Positions 38,539-52,800 of a DNA stretch of 64,000 bases are shown piece after piece. Positions within the stretch are counted from its first letter, which is position 1. Every line of letters starts with the position of its first letter. The notes beneath the pieces were generated by a model that did no database searches, was not told the origin of the DNA, and saw only the letters and a list, made by a program, of their open reading frames with translations. The stretch lies in NCBI RefSeq assembly GCF_016433145.1, contig NC_058132.1, forward strand, positions 621,210,626 to 621,274,625, read 5' to 3'. This DNA comes from Gracilinanus agilis. Lineage: Eukaryota. Both the position numbers and the translations under genes were made by a program.

Positions 38539-39199
38539 CACCTATATATACATCATCTTTAACTTTATCTTGGGTGACTTCTTAAGCCACAATTATAGCA
38601 TGTTTTAACTGTCCTTAATGCCAACAAAACCTTGTTTCTGTTTTTAAATGAAGAGCCCAGGAAACTATTTTTTCCCTTCCTAGCCTTGTCACAGTTCTCT
38701 TTATCACATATATTTTCAAGTCCAAATCATGACTAGTCTACCACTCTTACTAATACTGTGAGTTCTTTCACAATGTCTTCTTATGCAAACTATAATATCT
38801 TTTATATCCAACACTTCATTCCTAAAGAATATGAACAGTTTGTATTGGCTTGCTTAGTGAATCTCCAAAATTCTTGTAGATGTGCTATTGCTTTCACTAT
38901 GGAAACATTTCTCCAAATTAAAGCCAAATTTTCAACAGATTTGAGATATACATTACTTAGCATTATGTAGCAGGAAGAACAATGCATTTTCAGTCAGAAG
39001 GCTTGGAGAGGAACCTTAGTTCTGTTATATCATACTTGTATCACTTTAGTTTCCCAACCTATAAAATGAAGGCATTAACTCTATAATCTCTGTAATATCT
39101 TTAGATTCTAAGATTCATATTCTAGCAAATCCATCCCAATTGCACGGATAATCAGAATTTCTATAGCATTTTCTCCTACAAGGTTTCTATTTCACTTTC

Positions 39200-39972
39200 C
39201 AACATTTTCCCTATCCAACTGCCAAATCTTGCCAGTCCTACCTATATATCATCTCTCATAACCATCTCCTTCTTTCTATTCACAAAACTCTTTTCACTCA
39301 ACACCTTTCATTTGGATCATTGCATAACCTCCTCATTGGTCTCCCTGTCTCTAGTCTCTTCCTTCCCCAATCTAGGTTCCCCATCACTACAAAATTGATA
39401 TTCCTAAAGCATAGGACTGACCATGTCATTCTCCTGCTCAAGTAGCTTTAGAATCTAGAACAAGATACAAACTCTTCAGTTTAGAATGCAAAGCTCTTCC
39501 CAATCTGATGTCAGCCAATCTTTCTTGACTAATTTCACATGACTCCCCCAACACACTTTTGTTTCAACCAAACCATCCTCCTTGCTAATACTCCAACATG
39601 ACTTTTTGCTTCCCATTACTATGACATTACACAGTTTGTATGTATTGCATGCCTGGAATTCATCCTCTCATTACCTCTTGGAATCTTTAGATTCTTTCCA
39701 ATCTCGACTCATGTCACCTTCTCCATAAGGCCATTCTAGAGCTCCAGGTACAGGTACTCTGCTCTCCCATCCCCAAAACTTGGCATTTGCTTTGTCCATC
39801 TCTTATATTTACTCCTTGGTTTACATGTTCCTTTCTCAATAAACAGAATCAAATTTAAGCTTCTCAAAAACAAAGACTGATGCATTTTTGTCTGCATTCC
39901 CAGTAACTGACTCACAGCACAATGCCAGGTATATCATTCATATTTAATAAATGCTTATTGAATAAATGAATG
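39200..39972 (+). mobile_element. L2 LINE 3' end
   Basis: cctcctcattggtctccctg...gactgaccatgtcattctcctgctca...ending taataaatgcttattgaataaatgaatg. Confidence 0.85.
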
Positions 39973-42900
39973 CATAAATTGGTCAGGGAACTGATGGATA
40001 GCTGGATGGATAGATCCTCATGAATATGGCATCAGGGTCTGATGACTTTCTTCTTTCTTTCCTTCTGCCCTTCTTTTTACCATCTTCCCCCACTATTATA
40101 TTATTTTGTTGTTTCCCCCTTTTGAAGTTTCCCTTTGCTACTGATAACTTGCATACATCCTTCCACTCCATGGTCCTCCAAAGACAGGACTCTAACTTTT
40201 CAAATTTCCACCAATGTGGTTTTTGACCCATGTAGCTATCCTGTCTTTTCCATATTCTTTTTCTGCATTAAAGACCTATAACATGTGTTGCCTCTTGTAC
40301 CCACTGTACTCTTTATATGAATTACTCCAGCAAGCTCTACATCCTCTAACTCCCCACTTTCCCACCATTACTGGCCATGCTTCCCTCTTCCCATAATGCA
40401 ATACTTGATTTCATCAGAGAAGTTCATTAGTTTCTTATAATGACTTTGTTAGAAAACTAGAAGAGATCTCATCAGATGATACGCCTGAGCACTGAAGGGA
40501 ACCTCAGAAGTCATTTAGTCCAACTCCTTCATTTTATAGATAAGGAAACAGGCCCAGAAGGATTAAGTCTGTTGTTCGAAGTTGCATGTGAGCCCATGCC
40601 ATAGGATCCTATGGCACAGATTCACATTTTTTCTGGCTGCAAATGAAGCACTCTTAACTACACCATACTTCCTTTATTCATGTTATCCCTCTTATACAAA
40701 TGAAGAAACTAAGTCAGGAAATCCTTAATAATTCATCTAATATCACACAACTTCTTAGTGACAGTGTAGAGATATAAAATAGAAATATTACTTATAAAGA
40801 CTACAATTCAACATTAATTTTCTTCACCATTAAATCCCATAAGGTAAGGATACCTTCTTTGTGTTAACCAAGATTACATGTCCATGTTATAAGTAGGTTG
40901 GGAAAGGGAGGGATACACAGTGCTTCAATGGTTAGCAATTAGGAGTTAATGGTCTAACAGCTAGTAACTATGCTTTTACCCACTTAGAAATCTTCAAACC
41001 AGGAAGCAGTCTACACAAGGATAATACTCTACAAAATAATCTGGGACACCTCTCTCCTCCCCCAAGTAAAGGTTGCTTTATACTAATGTCTAGGAAGTAC
41101 ATGTTGAGTCTACTCCAAAGCTTAATATATTTGTGATTTGTGTTCACATGCAAGCTATAGTCTTTTTTTTTATTTTCACTTTTTTAAAGTCAAACATAAT
41201 AAGGGATATATGAGTAATTAATGAGTTGGCAAATAATTTCCTTAAAATCTTGGTTATTATTCATTTACAATCATTCCCCTTCACATATTTTTGTTTCTCA
41301 ATTTTCCTTTGTGCTTTACCTTTTAGTCTCTTCTACCTCCTCCTCATAAGAGACTTCCTCAGAAGTAAAGGATGTAGGAACAGACTATGACTGCAGGGAG
41401 GATCACACTTGTTCACACTTTCCATTATTTGTTATTTGATCTCCAGTAACTGTCCAGAGCATTATACCTATCATAAAAAAAGCAACAGCTCTCTCCTTCT
41501 AGGGCATTTCCTGAAGAGTATAAGGAGCTAGGGCAGGAGGATTTTAAGAGATGTGTTACTCCTTATACTACTCCCAAAAGTACTGGCCGTGGTGACTGGA
41601 GTCCAGAGAAGCCCGGATGCTGACTAAATGAAAAGAGCCACAACTTTTATTCTGAGAAGCAGAATCTGTCTCACAATGCTAACAAAAAAGAACATTTCTT
41701 TGGCTCAAACAGGCTTCCATTTTTTCTAATCAAAGAATATCTTCTCATGAAGATAGAGGCTTTTATAGTCAAAGACAGAGAAAAGCAATGGAGGGCATCA
41801 ATTTCATATTCGTTTGTTCATTCACTCTCAAAATTCAACCATTTATTAAGCCTATTAAGAGCTGTACATTCTCAAGAAATTCATGATTTCTTCTCCAATG
41901 AGACCTCCTAACTTCTTACTTCCCTCCAGAAGTGTACTGACAATTAAAGCAAACTATTATGCTAATAGTCAGCTAGTTAACCAATGCATACCCTTCAAGC
42001 TTCCTAGAGAGAAAGTGTGCATATGAGTTAAAACAAGGTATTTGAGCTGAGAGAGAAGAGATTGTGGTGGAGGGCTCTGGAAATATGACAAAGGCTAGAG
42101 ATTGAATTGAGGTATGTAAATGTGGGAGTACTTGAGGAAAGTAGTAATATAGTACTTTAAAGTTTTACAAAGTGTTTTACAAGTTGAAGGAGGAAAAATA
42201 TTTGAGCTAAAGAGAACTCAAGCTGAAGGATAAGAAAAAACCAGGTTGAAGGAGAAAAAAAATCAAAGAAGAATATTCCTGAGGGGGGAGAAAAGATAGA
42301 AACTCTCAAGCAGAACAAGAAGGTAATTGGTAGGAAAATATAAGGAAGACAAGTTGGTAAGGCCCTGGGAGTTAATAAATGAGAGTAAATGAAGTTGAAT
42401 GAGGCTATGTACATGCTAATGGGGTGAGAGGAGAGTAAAAACAGAAGAGGAGAAGAGTCCCATAAGTGGTTTGTCACTTCATTTATTCAGCAAATGAGAG
42501 TTTCAGTAAGCCAATAAGCACATATTAATCACCTACTATGTGCCAGCATTGTGCTAAAGCTATGAATAAAAAAAAAGTCCTTGCCCTCAAAAAGAGTACA
42601 ATATAATGAAGAAGACAACACAGAAAAGGAAACTAAAAGGGGCATGGGGTGGGGGAAAGTTCCTGTCATCAAAAGAGGAATGCTAGAGAAACCCAATGAA
42701 TACAGTTAGATGAGAAACTAAATGTTCTAACAAAGGCTAGATGACTACTTGTCTGGCATGTTGAAGGGAGATTCTTATTAAGGTAAGATTACGTTGGACC
42801 ATGATTCCAGAGATCAATGGAGAATACTACCTACCTCCTGAGTGAGGTGATACAAAATGGAACTCATATTTTTTGGATATGGTTAATAAGGGAATTTGTT

Positions 42901-43829
42901 TTTCTTGACTGTAAGTTTGGAGTTTTTTCCCCCTGACTGCTGTAAGAGGAGAGGGGAGGGATTGTAAACCCACTGAAGGCAGGAATTATCTTTTATGTCT
43001 TTTTGTATCTGCTTAGTACAATGCCTGGGACATTGTAGAAGAAAGAGAGGAAGAGATAGAGACAGAGAACAAATGCTTGTTAATTGAATTTTTTTAAAGA
43101 TGTGGGGTAACCTAGACAGTCTTCAAACTCTGAAATTCTATAATAAAAATTCTGAGTACTTTTAGTACTCTTAATGCTTTTTTTCCCTTTCATTTTGTTT
43201 CATAATGATAGAATTCCTACAGCAATTCCTGAAGCAAGGAGACTTTATTTAGGAATGCCTAGGATGAAATGCAAATTAGTGAAATACTACTTATAATTTG
43301 TTTCCTTTTTAATACAACTACACTTAGCTCCCTCTTTTCACTCAATCTCTGCTTCTACTTGTATCTCTGAATGATCTAGCCTAAAACTGCACAACAGAGA
43401 TCAATTAACTGATGATATTCGCTTTGTAGGTTGAAAGCCAAACCTGAGCACATACTTTAAAAGGGGGTAAATTTGAAAGGAAAGGAAGATGCTAGGAGGG
43501 AGAAAAAGCACTTTGGAGAACTTGCAAGTTAACAGCAAGTGAGAGAGTTCTATTATAGTGAGTATAAGTGAAAGATCAAGAGAGATAAAGTAGATTATGA
43601 AACCGAGGTAAAATAAGATGAACTATTAAAGGCAGTTAAATAAAACTTTCAGTCAAACTGACTCTTTAAATTTGAATGCTTGATAATGATATGGAATATT
43701 CAAATGAGAAAAAAATAGTCCTAATGTTACTAATTCTATAAATATTCAGTACCATCAATTATCTTTTTTGTTTTTACTTTTTCTAGATTATATGTTGATA
43801 CAATTTTTTATTCATTTTTTGACATTTTG

Positions 43830-44290
43830 CAATCTAGAAATACAAAAGTAAAAATATGTGAAGCCTCAATGGAAAATATGAAAGAATGAGAAGCCCAAAA
43901 TGAACTCCTAGAAAATCTCCAAAAAATGATAGAAAAACAAATAATAAGAGGCTTAGAAGAAAAATTAGAAAAGGAAATGATAAATAGAAAACATCAGCAG
44001 CTTAGAACAAAAATTTACTGAACAAAACAGTACTCTAAAAAAGGAAATATAACATCTCACACAGAAAAGTAAGTCCCTGAGAAAGGAAATACAAAGCCTC
44101 AAAGAAGAAAATGACTCCCTAAAAATTATAATTTAACAAACAAAATTATAATTTAACAAACAAATAATGACTTCATAAGACAGCAGGAACCAATAAAGTA
44201 AATTCAAGATAAGAAAAAATAGATTAAAATTTTAAATCTCTCACTGGAAAAACAAATGACCTGGAAAATATATCCAGGAAGGATAATCTA
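43830..44290 (+). mobile_element. Degenerate L1 ORF1 fragment with internal 20-bp tandem duplication
   Basis: agaagaaaaattagaaaaggaaatga...gaagaaaatgactccctaaaaatta; aaaattataatttaacaaac twice at 44122-44161. Confidence 0.8.
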
Positions 44291-45017
44291 ATAAGCCTTT
44301 GTTAAAACCTAGTATTACCAACTGATGTACTGGAGAGAAAAATAAAAAGAATGAAGGAAGGAGTTGACATTGTAGCATCACTGCCTGAAATAGTGTGACT
44401 GAACTGACCACATGCTCCTATACATGAGTATGTTTTAATACTGGTTATTAGGGAGCACAGTATATAAAATAAAATATTTTATATTTATATATGAACTATA
44501 TATTTTTATATATAAATATATTTTTAAAAATGGATTGGGAGCCATCTTAATTGAAACTCAGTCTCAGACATTACCTCTCTGACCATAGTCAAGTCCCTTA
44601 ATCGATGTCTACTTCAGTTTCAAATTCTGTAAAATGTGGATAATAATGGTACCTGCCTCCAGGTTGTTATGAAGATTAAATGATACTTCTAAAATGCTTG
44701 TTAACCTTAAAATACTATATGAATCCTAATTATTATTTTTATTTCAAATTGGCCTGATTTCTTTGGAATGAGTTCTACTTCCACCGTTTCAGGTAACAAC
44801 CCTTCTACAGTTTAGTCTTCTAGAGTCACTGTGACCAAAATATTCCTTCCCCTATAGACTACGTGGTCATGAATGTCTTGCCTTGCCTTCAGATGACAGA
44901 CCCATTGCTGGACCCCATAGTTAAAGCACATATTTTATAAATAATTCATTGCAATTAAATTTCAAAAATAGATTAAAATACTAACATTTGATTATACATT
45001 TTAAAAAATACTCCTAA

Positions 45018-45170
45018 AGGGCAGGTAAGTAGCATAGTGGATCAAGCACCAGACCTGGAATCTGATCTCTGACACTTCCTAGCTATATGACCCTGGGCAA
45101 GTTACTTGACCCCAATTGCCTAACTCTTGCTACTCTTCTTTAGAATTGATACTAAGACAGAAGGTAAGAA
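45018..45170 (+). mobile_element. Marsupial SINE (internally deleted)
   Basis: gggcaggtaagtagcatagtggat...gaccctgggcaagttacttgacccc...actaagacagaaggtaag. Confidence 0.85.
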
Positions 45171-46424
45171 AAGTGAAGAAGAAAAAGTACTATTCTTTAA
45201 ATAAAAAGCTACTTGACCAACTTAAAGTCTTAGAACCATAGTGCCATTAAGGATGAACTTACCCAACAAACTCCTGTAGAAGATGAGAAAACCCAGATCC
45301 AAAGACATGAAGTGTCTTGTCCAAAATCAGAGTTTATTGATGGGGAAAGCAAAGACAAGGACCCAGATATCTTCTGACTCCAATTTCAGCTTATTTTTTC
45401 TTGCTGTACCATACTGCTTCTTGCTCTTTTAAAACTTTTAAAAAAATTCCTCAAATCAATTTGATAATTTCCTATTACTGTTTGTTTACAGAGAGTTTAT
45501 GGAACATCTAATAGGTTCCCTCATCCTGATGGAGTCTGTCACACTAGACTGCCTTTGACACGCTATTTGATTTAAAGTTGGCCCCTAGTTGCCATTGGGA
45601 GAGTCTCAGTTGTTCCATTAATTTCAATAGCATGACATAAAATGTCAGTGACGCATGACAAAATAGCAAATAGATAACCAAGAAGCATTAATGAGACTTA
45701 GGAGAGGGATTTCATTGTTTCCATTGGCAATAGCCTTATGTTTGGGCACTACAAAATGGAGAGTTTAATTGTCAAAGTAGTCAAAGTAGCAACAACAGCA
45801 GAACCAAAAGAAAATGCAAGATGATTTCCTACAGAATCCAATAGTTGCACCAAGGATATAAGTTAGGGCATTACCTAAAAGTCTCACTTACTAAAATTAT
45901 CCAAAGACCAAATTTTCAAATTGATGATCCAGGTATCTCTGAGCAGCAAAGCCTTTCTTTAAAATTTAATTGTCTTTTTACAGAAAAAAAGATCTATTCT
46001 TAACTAACATCTCTGCCCTTGAGAACAGAGAAGATGTCTTTGTTGTTGGGAATTTGAAAACCTAAGAAGAAAATCCCTGATTCTGTTCACTCCCTGATGC
46101 ACCAAGGAAACATAGTAAACATCAAATATTGTAAAGTCTACTAAATGGAGAGCATCTGGGATTCAGCACCAACCTGTGTGGGGAAGCTCCAAAAGGCTCT
46201 GGTTCATTGACAACCTCTTGGTCACACAGTATACTTGGTTATCACTCAGCATTCAGGAGGTCAGAGTAAGAATTGGGGTTTTGATGTGATATTGTTGGTT
46301 TTGCTCTCTTCCATAGCCAGATTACAATTCCAAGATCAACCAAATTATCTTGTAAGTGTGTGCTATGGGTCACAAAGGGGTAGAGAGATAGATTCAATAA
46401 AAATCCATCCCCATTTTAAAACCA

Positions 46425-46915
46425 TGTGACTCTCCTGTGCAAAAACTTTAGCATCTTCTTATTGCCTCTAAGATAAAACACAAGCTCCTCTGACATTTAT
46501 AACCCTTCACATTCTGGCTCCAATCTCTTTCAAGACTTATTTCACTGTTACTTACATCTCACATATTCTATGTTCCAGTTAAACTAGTCTACCTGGTGAT
46601 TCTAGTGCTTAATAGTCCATCTCCCACCTCCAAGTCTCTGTACAGGCTATGTCCCATGCATGGAATACTCTACCGCCTCACCTCTGTTTTTTGGAGTCCC
46701 CAAGTCCCTTCAAGGCTCAGGTCCTACCTAATCTATTCAGCCTTTCCTGATCTCTCCAGTTGTTAATATCTATCTCTCATCTGCTAAAATTACTCTGTCT
46801 CTTATTTGTATTTATTTCTCTGTGTACCTGTCTCATCAATCCTGTAAAATGTAAGCTCTTTTAGGACAGATGTCATTTCATTTATGTCTTTGTGTTCCCT
46901 GGGACCTAGAAACTG
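46425..46915 (+). mobile_element. L2 3' fragment
   Basis: ctcttattgcctctaagataaaacacaagctcc...gtaaaatgtaagctctt. Confidence 0.75.
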
Positions 46916-48049
46916 GGCCTTGGATTTCATTGGTATAGGAAACTGGCCAGGAAAATCCTTCTGCTAACACAAATCAGAGATCACTCTGCAAGGTAAAATC
47001 TTCAAGACTTGTGTGGAGCATGAAGTCTTGTGGGGAGTCTTGCCCAGAGCCACACATACTACTTTTGTTCAAGATAGAACTTTGCCCAGGTCTTCATAAT
47101 TTGGAGACTAGTTCTTTGTATACTCTACTATCCTTAAAAATGCTTATTGACTGACCAATTGACAAACAAATAGTCAGATTGTCTATAAGGATTTAGGAAG
47201 TGCCTACTATGTGCCAAACATAGTGCAAGAGATACAAAGAAAGCCATAAGACAGTTTCTGCTGCTAAGAAGCTCAAAGTCAAAATAATTAATGAAAACTC
47301 ACTTAATCATGGCTTATCCATGATGTTTCATCTTCCAAGACTAGTTAATAATAAAACTGCTGTAGACTGAAGTTATGATATTACAACATCTAAACAATTT
47401 CCCATTTAATAGCTTTTCCTAATCACATTTGGCAAAGGATGCTGTGTTTCTCACTTGGATTAGAGTGTATTTATTTGAACTAGAACTACATTTCAGGTAA
47501 CTGACCTCTGCTGCAGCAAAGGATGAGAATGTATTGTTCTAGTTTGACTTCTTATTCCCTCAATCGATGAAGGAAAAACATAAGAAAGATCCCAAGGCTA
47601 TCTTCCAGGTTTGATCAAGAAACACTTCAATATGGGAGTAAAATGATGAACTAGCACTGAAAGATATAAACCACTAACTCTTAATACCATCAGAATAATA
47701 TCTCTCCCTGTCTTAAGTTGCCTATAGACAGCCTACAGATACAGAACTAGTCCAGGCTTCTGAATTTTTTCCCCCAATCCAGCCCTCAGAACTGACTATG
47801 TTGTCAGGGGGAAAGAGCAGAGAATCAGTTGAGATATCTCTTTGGAAATTAGGGTAGATCTTAGTAACTTCATTAGCTGAGTGATCTTTCTTGTGAGTCT
47901 GGTTTTCTTTTTTCCTGTGTTTATGTGCATCCCTAAGGAGGTTCCCTGTGGTTGTCAGTCCTATATACATGACGAGCATCTGAAGGTCCTGAGTTTGAAA
48001 TGACATCAAAAGGATTGGACACTGATGATGCTATGTCTCAAGAACAGCA

Positions 48050-48545
48050 AGGGTTTATTTTTTCATTATTAGAGTATTTTATTTCACCAATTACACATTA
48101 TAATAAATCTCCACACAAGTTTTTCAAAGTTATAAGATTCAAATGGTCTCCCTTCCTGCCTTCTCTACCACTTCCCAGAACTGGCAAGCAATTCAATTTG
48201 CGTTATACAAGTATTATCATGCAAAACATATTTCTGAGTTGTTCATTTTTGTAAGAGAATAGTCATATAAAACCAAAACCCCAAAATAAAAACCCCAATA
48301 AATTAAAGTGAAAAAATCATATGTTTTGATCTGCATTCCAACTCTTAACAGCTCTTTCTCTGGAGGTGCAAAGCACTCTTTGTCATAAAGTCCCTCAGAA
48401 TTGTCCTGGATCATTCTATTGCTGAGAGTAGCTAAGTTTATCAGCGTTGATCATTTCACAATATGCTGTTATTGCGTGCAATGTATTCCTAGTTCTGCTT
48501 ATTTCATTCTGCATCAGTTCATGTAGATCTTCTCAGCTCTTTCTG
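48050..48545 (-). mobile_element. L1 3'UTR
   Basis: tgatctgcattccaactc...ctcagaattgtcctggatcatt...catcagttcatgtagatct. Confidence 0.88.
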
Positions 48546-49124
48546 AAACAATGGGTATATTCTTGATAAAAACCTGTGGAACTCTTCTCATTCTCTCCAT
48601 TGTGCTAAGAGTTTTGGACCCCATTAATTCAGAATTCAGGTGAAACAAGCTGGCTAATAGTGGGCATTAACTATATGTTTGGTGCATAAATTAACAAATT
48701 CATGAATGGATGTAAAACGGTTTTTTCAGCCATAAAATTGTGTTAGGTGATATTTGACTTTCTTTAACTAGGTTTCCCCTGTTACCCACACATATAATCC
48801 CTGGAGCCACTTTTTTTAGATATGTAATGTTCTTTCCTCATCCAAACCTAGCACTGGAAGAAATAAGTTGCTATCTGTTATGCAGATTCTATTTTCAGCA
48901 TTTACAATAGGTCATTAATGAATTCATGTGACTTCAAGTCAACAGTCTTGATATTTTCATTTCAGGCATTTTCTATAACTGGGTTTAAGTAAGGTACTGG
49001 GTTTAATAAAGCAATAATAGGCTTCAGTAAGCATGTAGAGGATATTTAAAGGAAAATACGGTTTTTCTATGTCCCATGAAATTATAACATATATATTTGT
49101 TTGTATATACTTTAAATGATATGG

Positions 49125-49320
49125 AATGTCGGACACTGGTTTGGGAGTCGGAAAACCTAGGTTCAAGACCCATCTGATTTCTACTAATGACAAGTCCCAT
49201 AACCTCTTCAAATCCAGTTTTCTCATCTATAAGATGGAAAAATAACACTTGACTACCTACCTCACAGGATGATTATGAAAAAAGCACTTCATAAACCTGA
49301 AAACATCATAGAAATATTAT
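49125..49320 (+). mobile_element. MIR
   Basis: ggagtcggaaaacctaggttcaag...cagttttctcatctataagatgg. Confidence 0.8.
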
Positions 49321-49389
49321 GTGTTTAGTTAACTTGTATAGGTCTTGCATATACTTTGTCTCATTTGACCTTTGCCAAAGCAAAAGAGG

Positions 49390-49800
49390 TATCAGTTGTG
49401 AAAGCTTCCAATACAACTCCAAGAGACTCATGACAAAAAAGACTATTCATCTCCAGAGAAGGAACTGATGGAGTCTGAATGCACATTGAAGCATATCACT
49501 TATCACTTTATTTCCTTCATGAGTTTTTTTCCTTGTATAAGCAACATATTTTCTTTATAACCTGATGAACATAGAAATGTACATTGGATGATAGCACATA
49601 TATAACCTTTATCATATTGCCTGCCATCTTGGGGGAAAAAGAGAGGTTGATGACAAAATTATTATTAAATTATTAAATGAGCAGGATGGTTTCACAAAAA
49701 CCTGGGAAGACTAAAATTAACTGATTCAAAGTGGAGTAAGCAGAACCAGAAGAACATTATACATTGTAATAGCAATATTGTATGATGATTAATAGCATAT
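49390..49800 (+). mobile_element. L1 3'UTR fragments
   Basis: catctccagagaaggaactgatggagtctgaatgc; gcagaaccagaagaacattatac. Confidence 0.75.
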
Positions 49801-52800
49801 CTATATGAGGAAATATAAAATATTCTCTCAGCTAAGAGTGGGAGGAGGCAGAGCCATGGAAAGTTTCAGGAGGAGGAAAAGTTTTTGGGAGAGTCACTGT
49901 GGGAAATGGGAGAGAAAATTGATAAGAGAGATATAGTAGGATGGCACATCAAAAGAGTGAAGGCCCAGTTGAGGTAGTGTAATATAACTCTGTAGTGGAC
50001 CCAGTCAGAACAGTTATGTTTATTCTCCCTTCATTCAGCAGTATATGTATAGCATCTAAGGCAACGAATAGTGAGAGTGATCCAAGGCTTAAGGCTAGAC
50101 AGGCATAATCAGTGATAGGGATTCAAGAAAGGAGGACAATGTAGAGTTAAATTGACTCACCAAGGAGTCAAGATGGGGAGAAGAGAAAAGACTATTAGGT
50201 AAAGGAGAGATGACCAGGGAAAGAATAGAGGGATCAAGAGATTAAAGGTCATGAGGTATATAAAGAGTATGGTTATGTAAGGGAAGGCAGAAGGAGAAGT
50301 AAAAAAACCAATAGATTATTTTCCCATCATTTCTTAAGTCTAGACAACCAACAAAGCAATAAATCAAGCCCTTATTTTTAGCATTTGCCAATTTCCAAGC
50401 TGGATTACTTTCAGAGCATTGCAAAGCTCCTTTAATGATCCCAAGCTTTCCATGGAAACAGAGACCTAACTTGTCAATATTCACACACTACCCATGTTGC
50501 TATTAGAACAACAAGACTTTATAATACAGCAATCACCATAGAATTAAAAACGATCATCACAGAAAGGTCAATAGAGAGGTGGAAGTGCACAGACTACAAT
50601 AGCTAAGCAATATGGATCTTTGAAGAATGGGAAATGCATAATTGGAAGAGAAAATAAATTAGTCACATAATGAGGACAAAGACTGCCAAGAGGATAATCG
50701 GAGTATTCCACTGGTATCTTTTGATGTCAGGTGGTCTGATATGGAAGTGGTCTGCTTCATTGAGGATAACTCCCAAGTTGATAAAATCATAGACCTATTT
50801 GGATTTTAAACATTTAATATTAAGTGCACTTTTTCTATCAGGAGACTCTTCTATGTTCAATGGCAGGATTATAAACAATACTGTATTTTGACAGGGTAAA
50901 TATATGTAATTTTATTTGACCCTCACAACCATTCTACAAAACAGGTGTTATTCTTATCTTCAATTTATAGGAAAGAAAATTAGACTTGAGAAGTTAAAAG
51001 ACTTTTCCAGAATCATACATCTACTGTAGAAACAAGATTTGAACCCATGACTCTTCAGGGTCTAAGTCCAGCATATTATCCACTATACCATGCTGCATCC
51101 TTTTTTTTTTCAGTTTTCCCCACAAGTTACAGATACATAAAAAGTAGCTTTCCTATTATCTTCACTGCAGTATTGAGAGAACAAATTAATTAATTAATTA
51201 AGTGCTTTGAACTATCCTGGAAAGGGTACTCTATAAATACAAAATATCATTACTATTATTCTCTTCATTTACAATGGTTGCTGGCCACTCAGTAATCAAG
51301 AAAAGGCAAATATCTTGAGAATGAGTCTAGCATTCAAAGGAATTAAACACTGGCATTTAATAGATGAGACTAGAAATTTATAAATGAAAAAATGGGGCAA
51401 ATAGAACAACTATTGTTCAAGACAAGGTTTCAGAGTGGAGGTACCTAATACAGTGCAGGTAAGTCAGACAATGAAGAAACTTAAATGAGATGTACTTACA
51501 TCTTAGCTTCTGGGCTTGGTCAGTGTATCAGGAAAAAAATAACAGATGAAAAGGAAATGATGCTGTTGGATCAGGGCTTGTGGGAATATCTTGTAATGGA
51601 ACATTTTTTTTCCCAAGTAATTGCAAAGAAGGCAATTTCGTGGTTTTTATTGAACAGTGCAGAATAATTTAAGCATGCAAAAAAGCACATCCACCATAAA
51701 AAGAGAGCTCTCTTACTGGAAGGATTGCCTATTTTTCATGAACATGACTGAAGGGAATCCGGACCCTCATTTCTGTATCTAAGTAATGACTTTCTTCATA
51801 TTCATTTTCATTAGGTCACTCCCACAGTAAGAAATGAGGATAAATTTGGTTAGAAGATAGCTTCCAGGAGGTAATGTGAAGGCTTAAAATAGCATTGAAA
51901 ATATGGTGCATCTAGGGAAATGGACAAAAAGTGCACAAAATGAGGATTTTGCCATCTGGTTCCCATAATGTAAAGCATCTCCCAAACCCCAAACCCTGAG
52001 TTCAGACTTCTGGGATAGTGGCTTGACTCATCCTCAAACAACCTGCTAAGCATAAAAATAACATTTTGTGGCAACAGTGAGATAGGTTATGCCCTCCATG
52101 TGCATATTTGAATGGTTTGGGAGGAATAGAAAACAATTTCTACAAAGGGAAGTAACACACTGTTCTCTTGGAGAAAGTTATTCTCTTAGTTTTAATAACA
52201 AGCATAGACTATCTAAAGAAATAGTCTTTGTTGGCTGTTAAAATAAAGGTATTTTACCCTTCCAAGCAGCCTTAGAAGAGCAACTGTGAGTTCTGGAAAA
52301 GACTAGGTAGACCAGTAAGTAATTTGTTGGTGTTAGACATTTGGAGCAGTATTTCTTTTCAAGAGCATTAATAGATATTTTCTAGTTTTTGTGGATGTCA
52401 GGAGAAGAACCTATAATTTCCTTGGTATTAGGAACTCCTTGTGAGGAATTGCTCTCTACTGATACAAATAAATATCTGTTCTACAATTTATACCTTGGAG
52501 AATTACCTGGAGGCAGTGACAAGTTAAAAGATTTGCTGAAGGCCAAAGACTGTCAAAGACTGGCTCTCTTCTGACACATCAGTCTCCTCTTTAGTGCTGA
52601 GGACAGTGGTGGGCACTTAATACATGACCACTGAGTGATGGATTGATAGTTTCTCTGGCCTCAGTAATACTACTAGATGAGTTCTATTCATGGGAAGTCT
52701 AATTATTTGAAGCTCCTAAATTCCCAATTTTTTCCTGGGAAGTTTGGGAATATTCTTTCTTCCATACAAAAAGACTGTTTCAGATTACTCTACCTATTTC

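Noticed and set aside
47722-48009. 95-aa minus-strand ORF and open plus-strand frame; also 52906-53285
   Set aside because: Protein-like by eye but unrecognised and lacking convincing paired splice sites
51495-51545. Possible 15-nt minus-strand microexon ending in gtaagtac
   Set aside because: The AG is separated from the pyrimidine tract; within chance expectation
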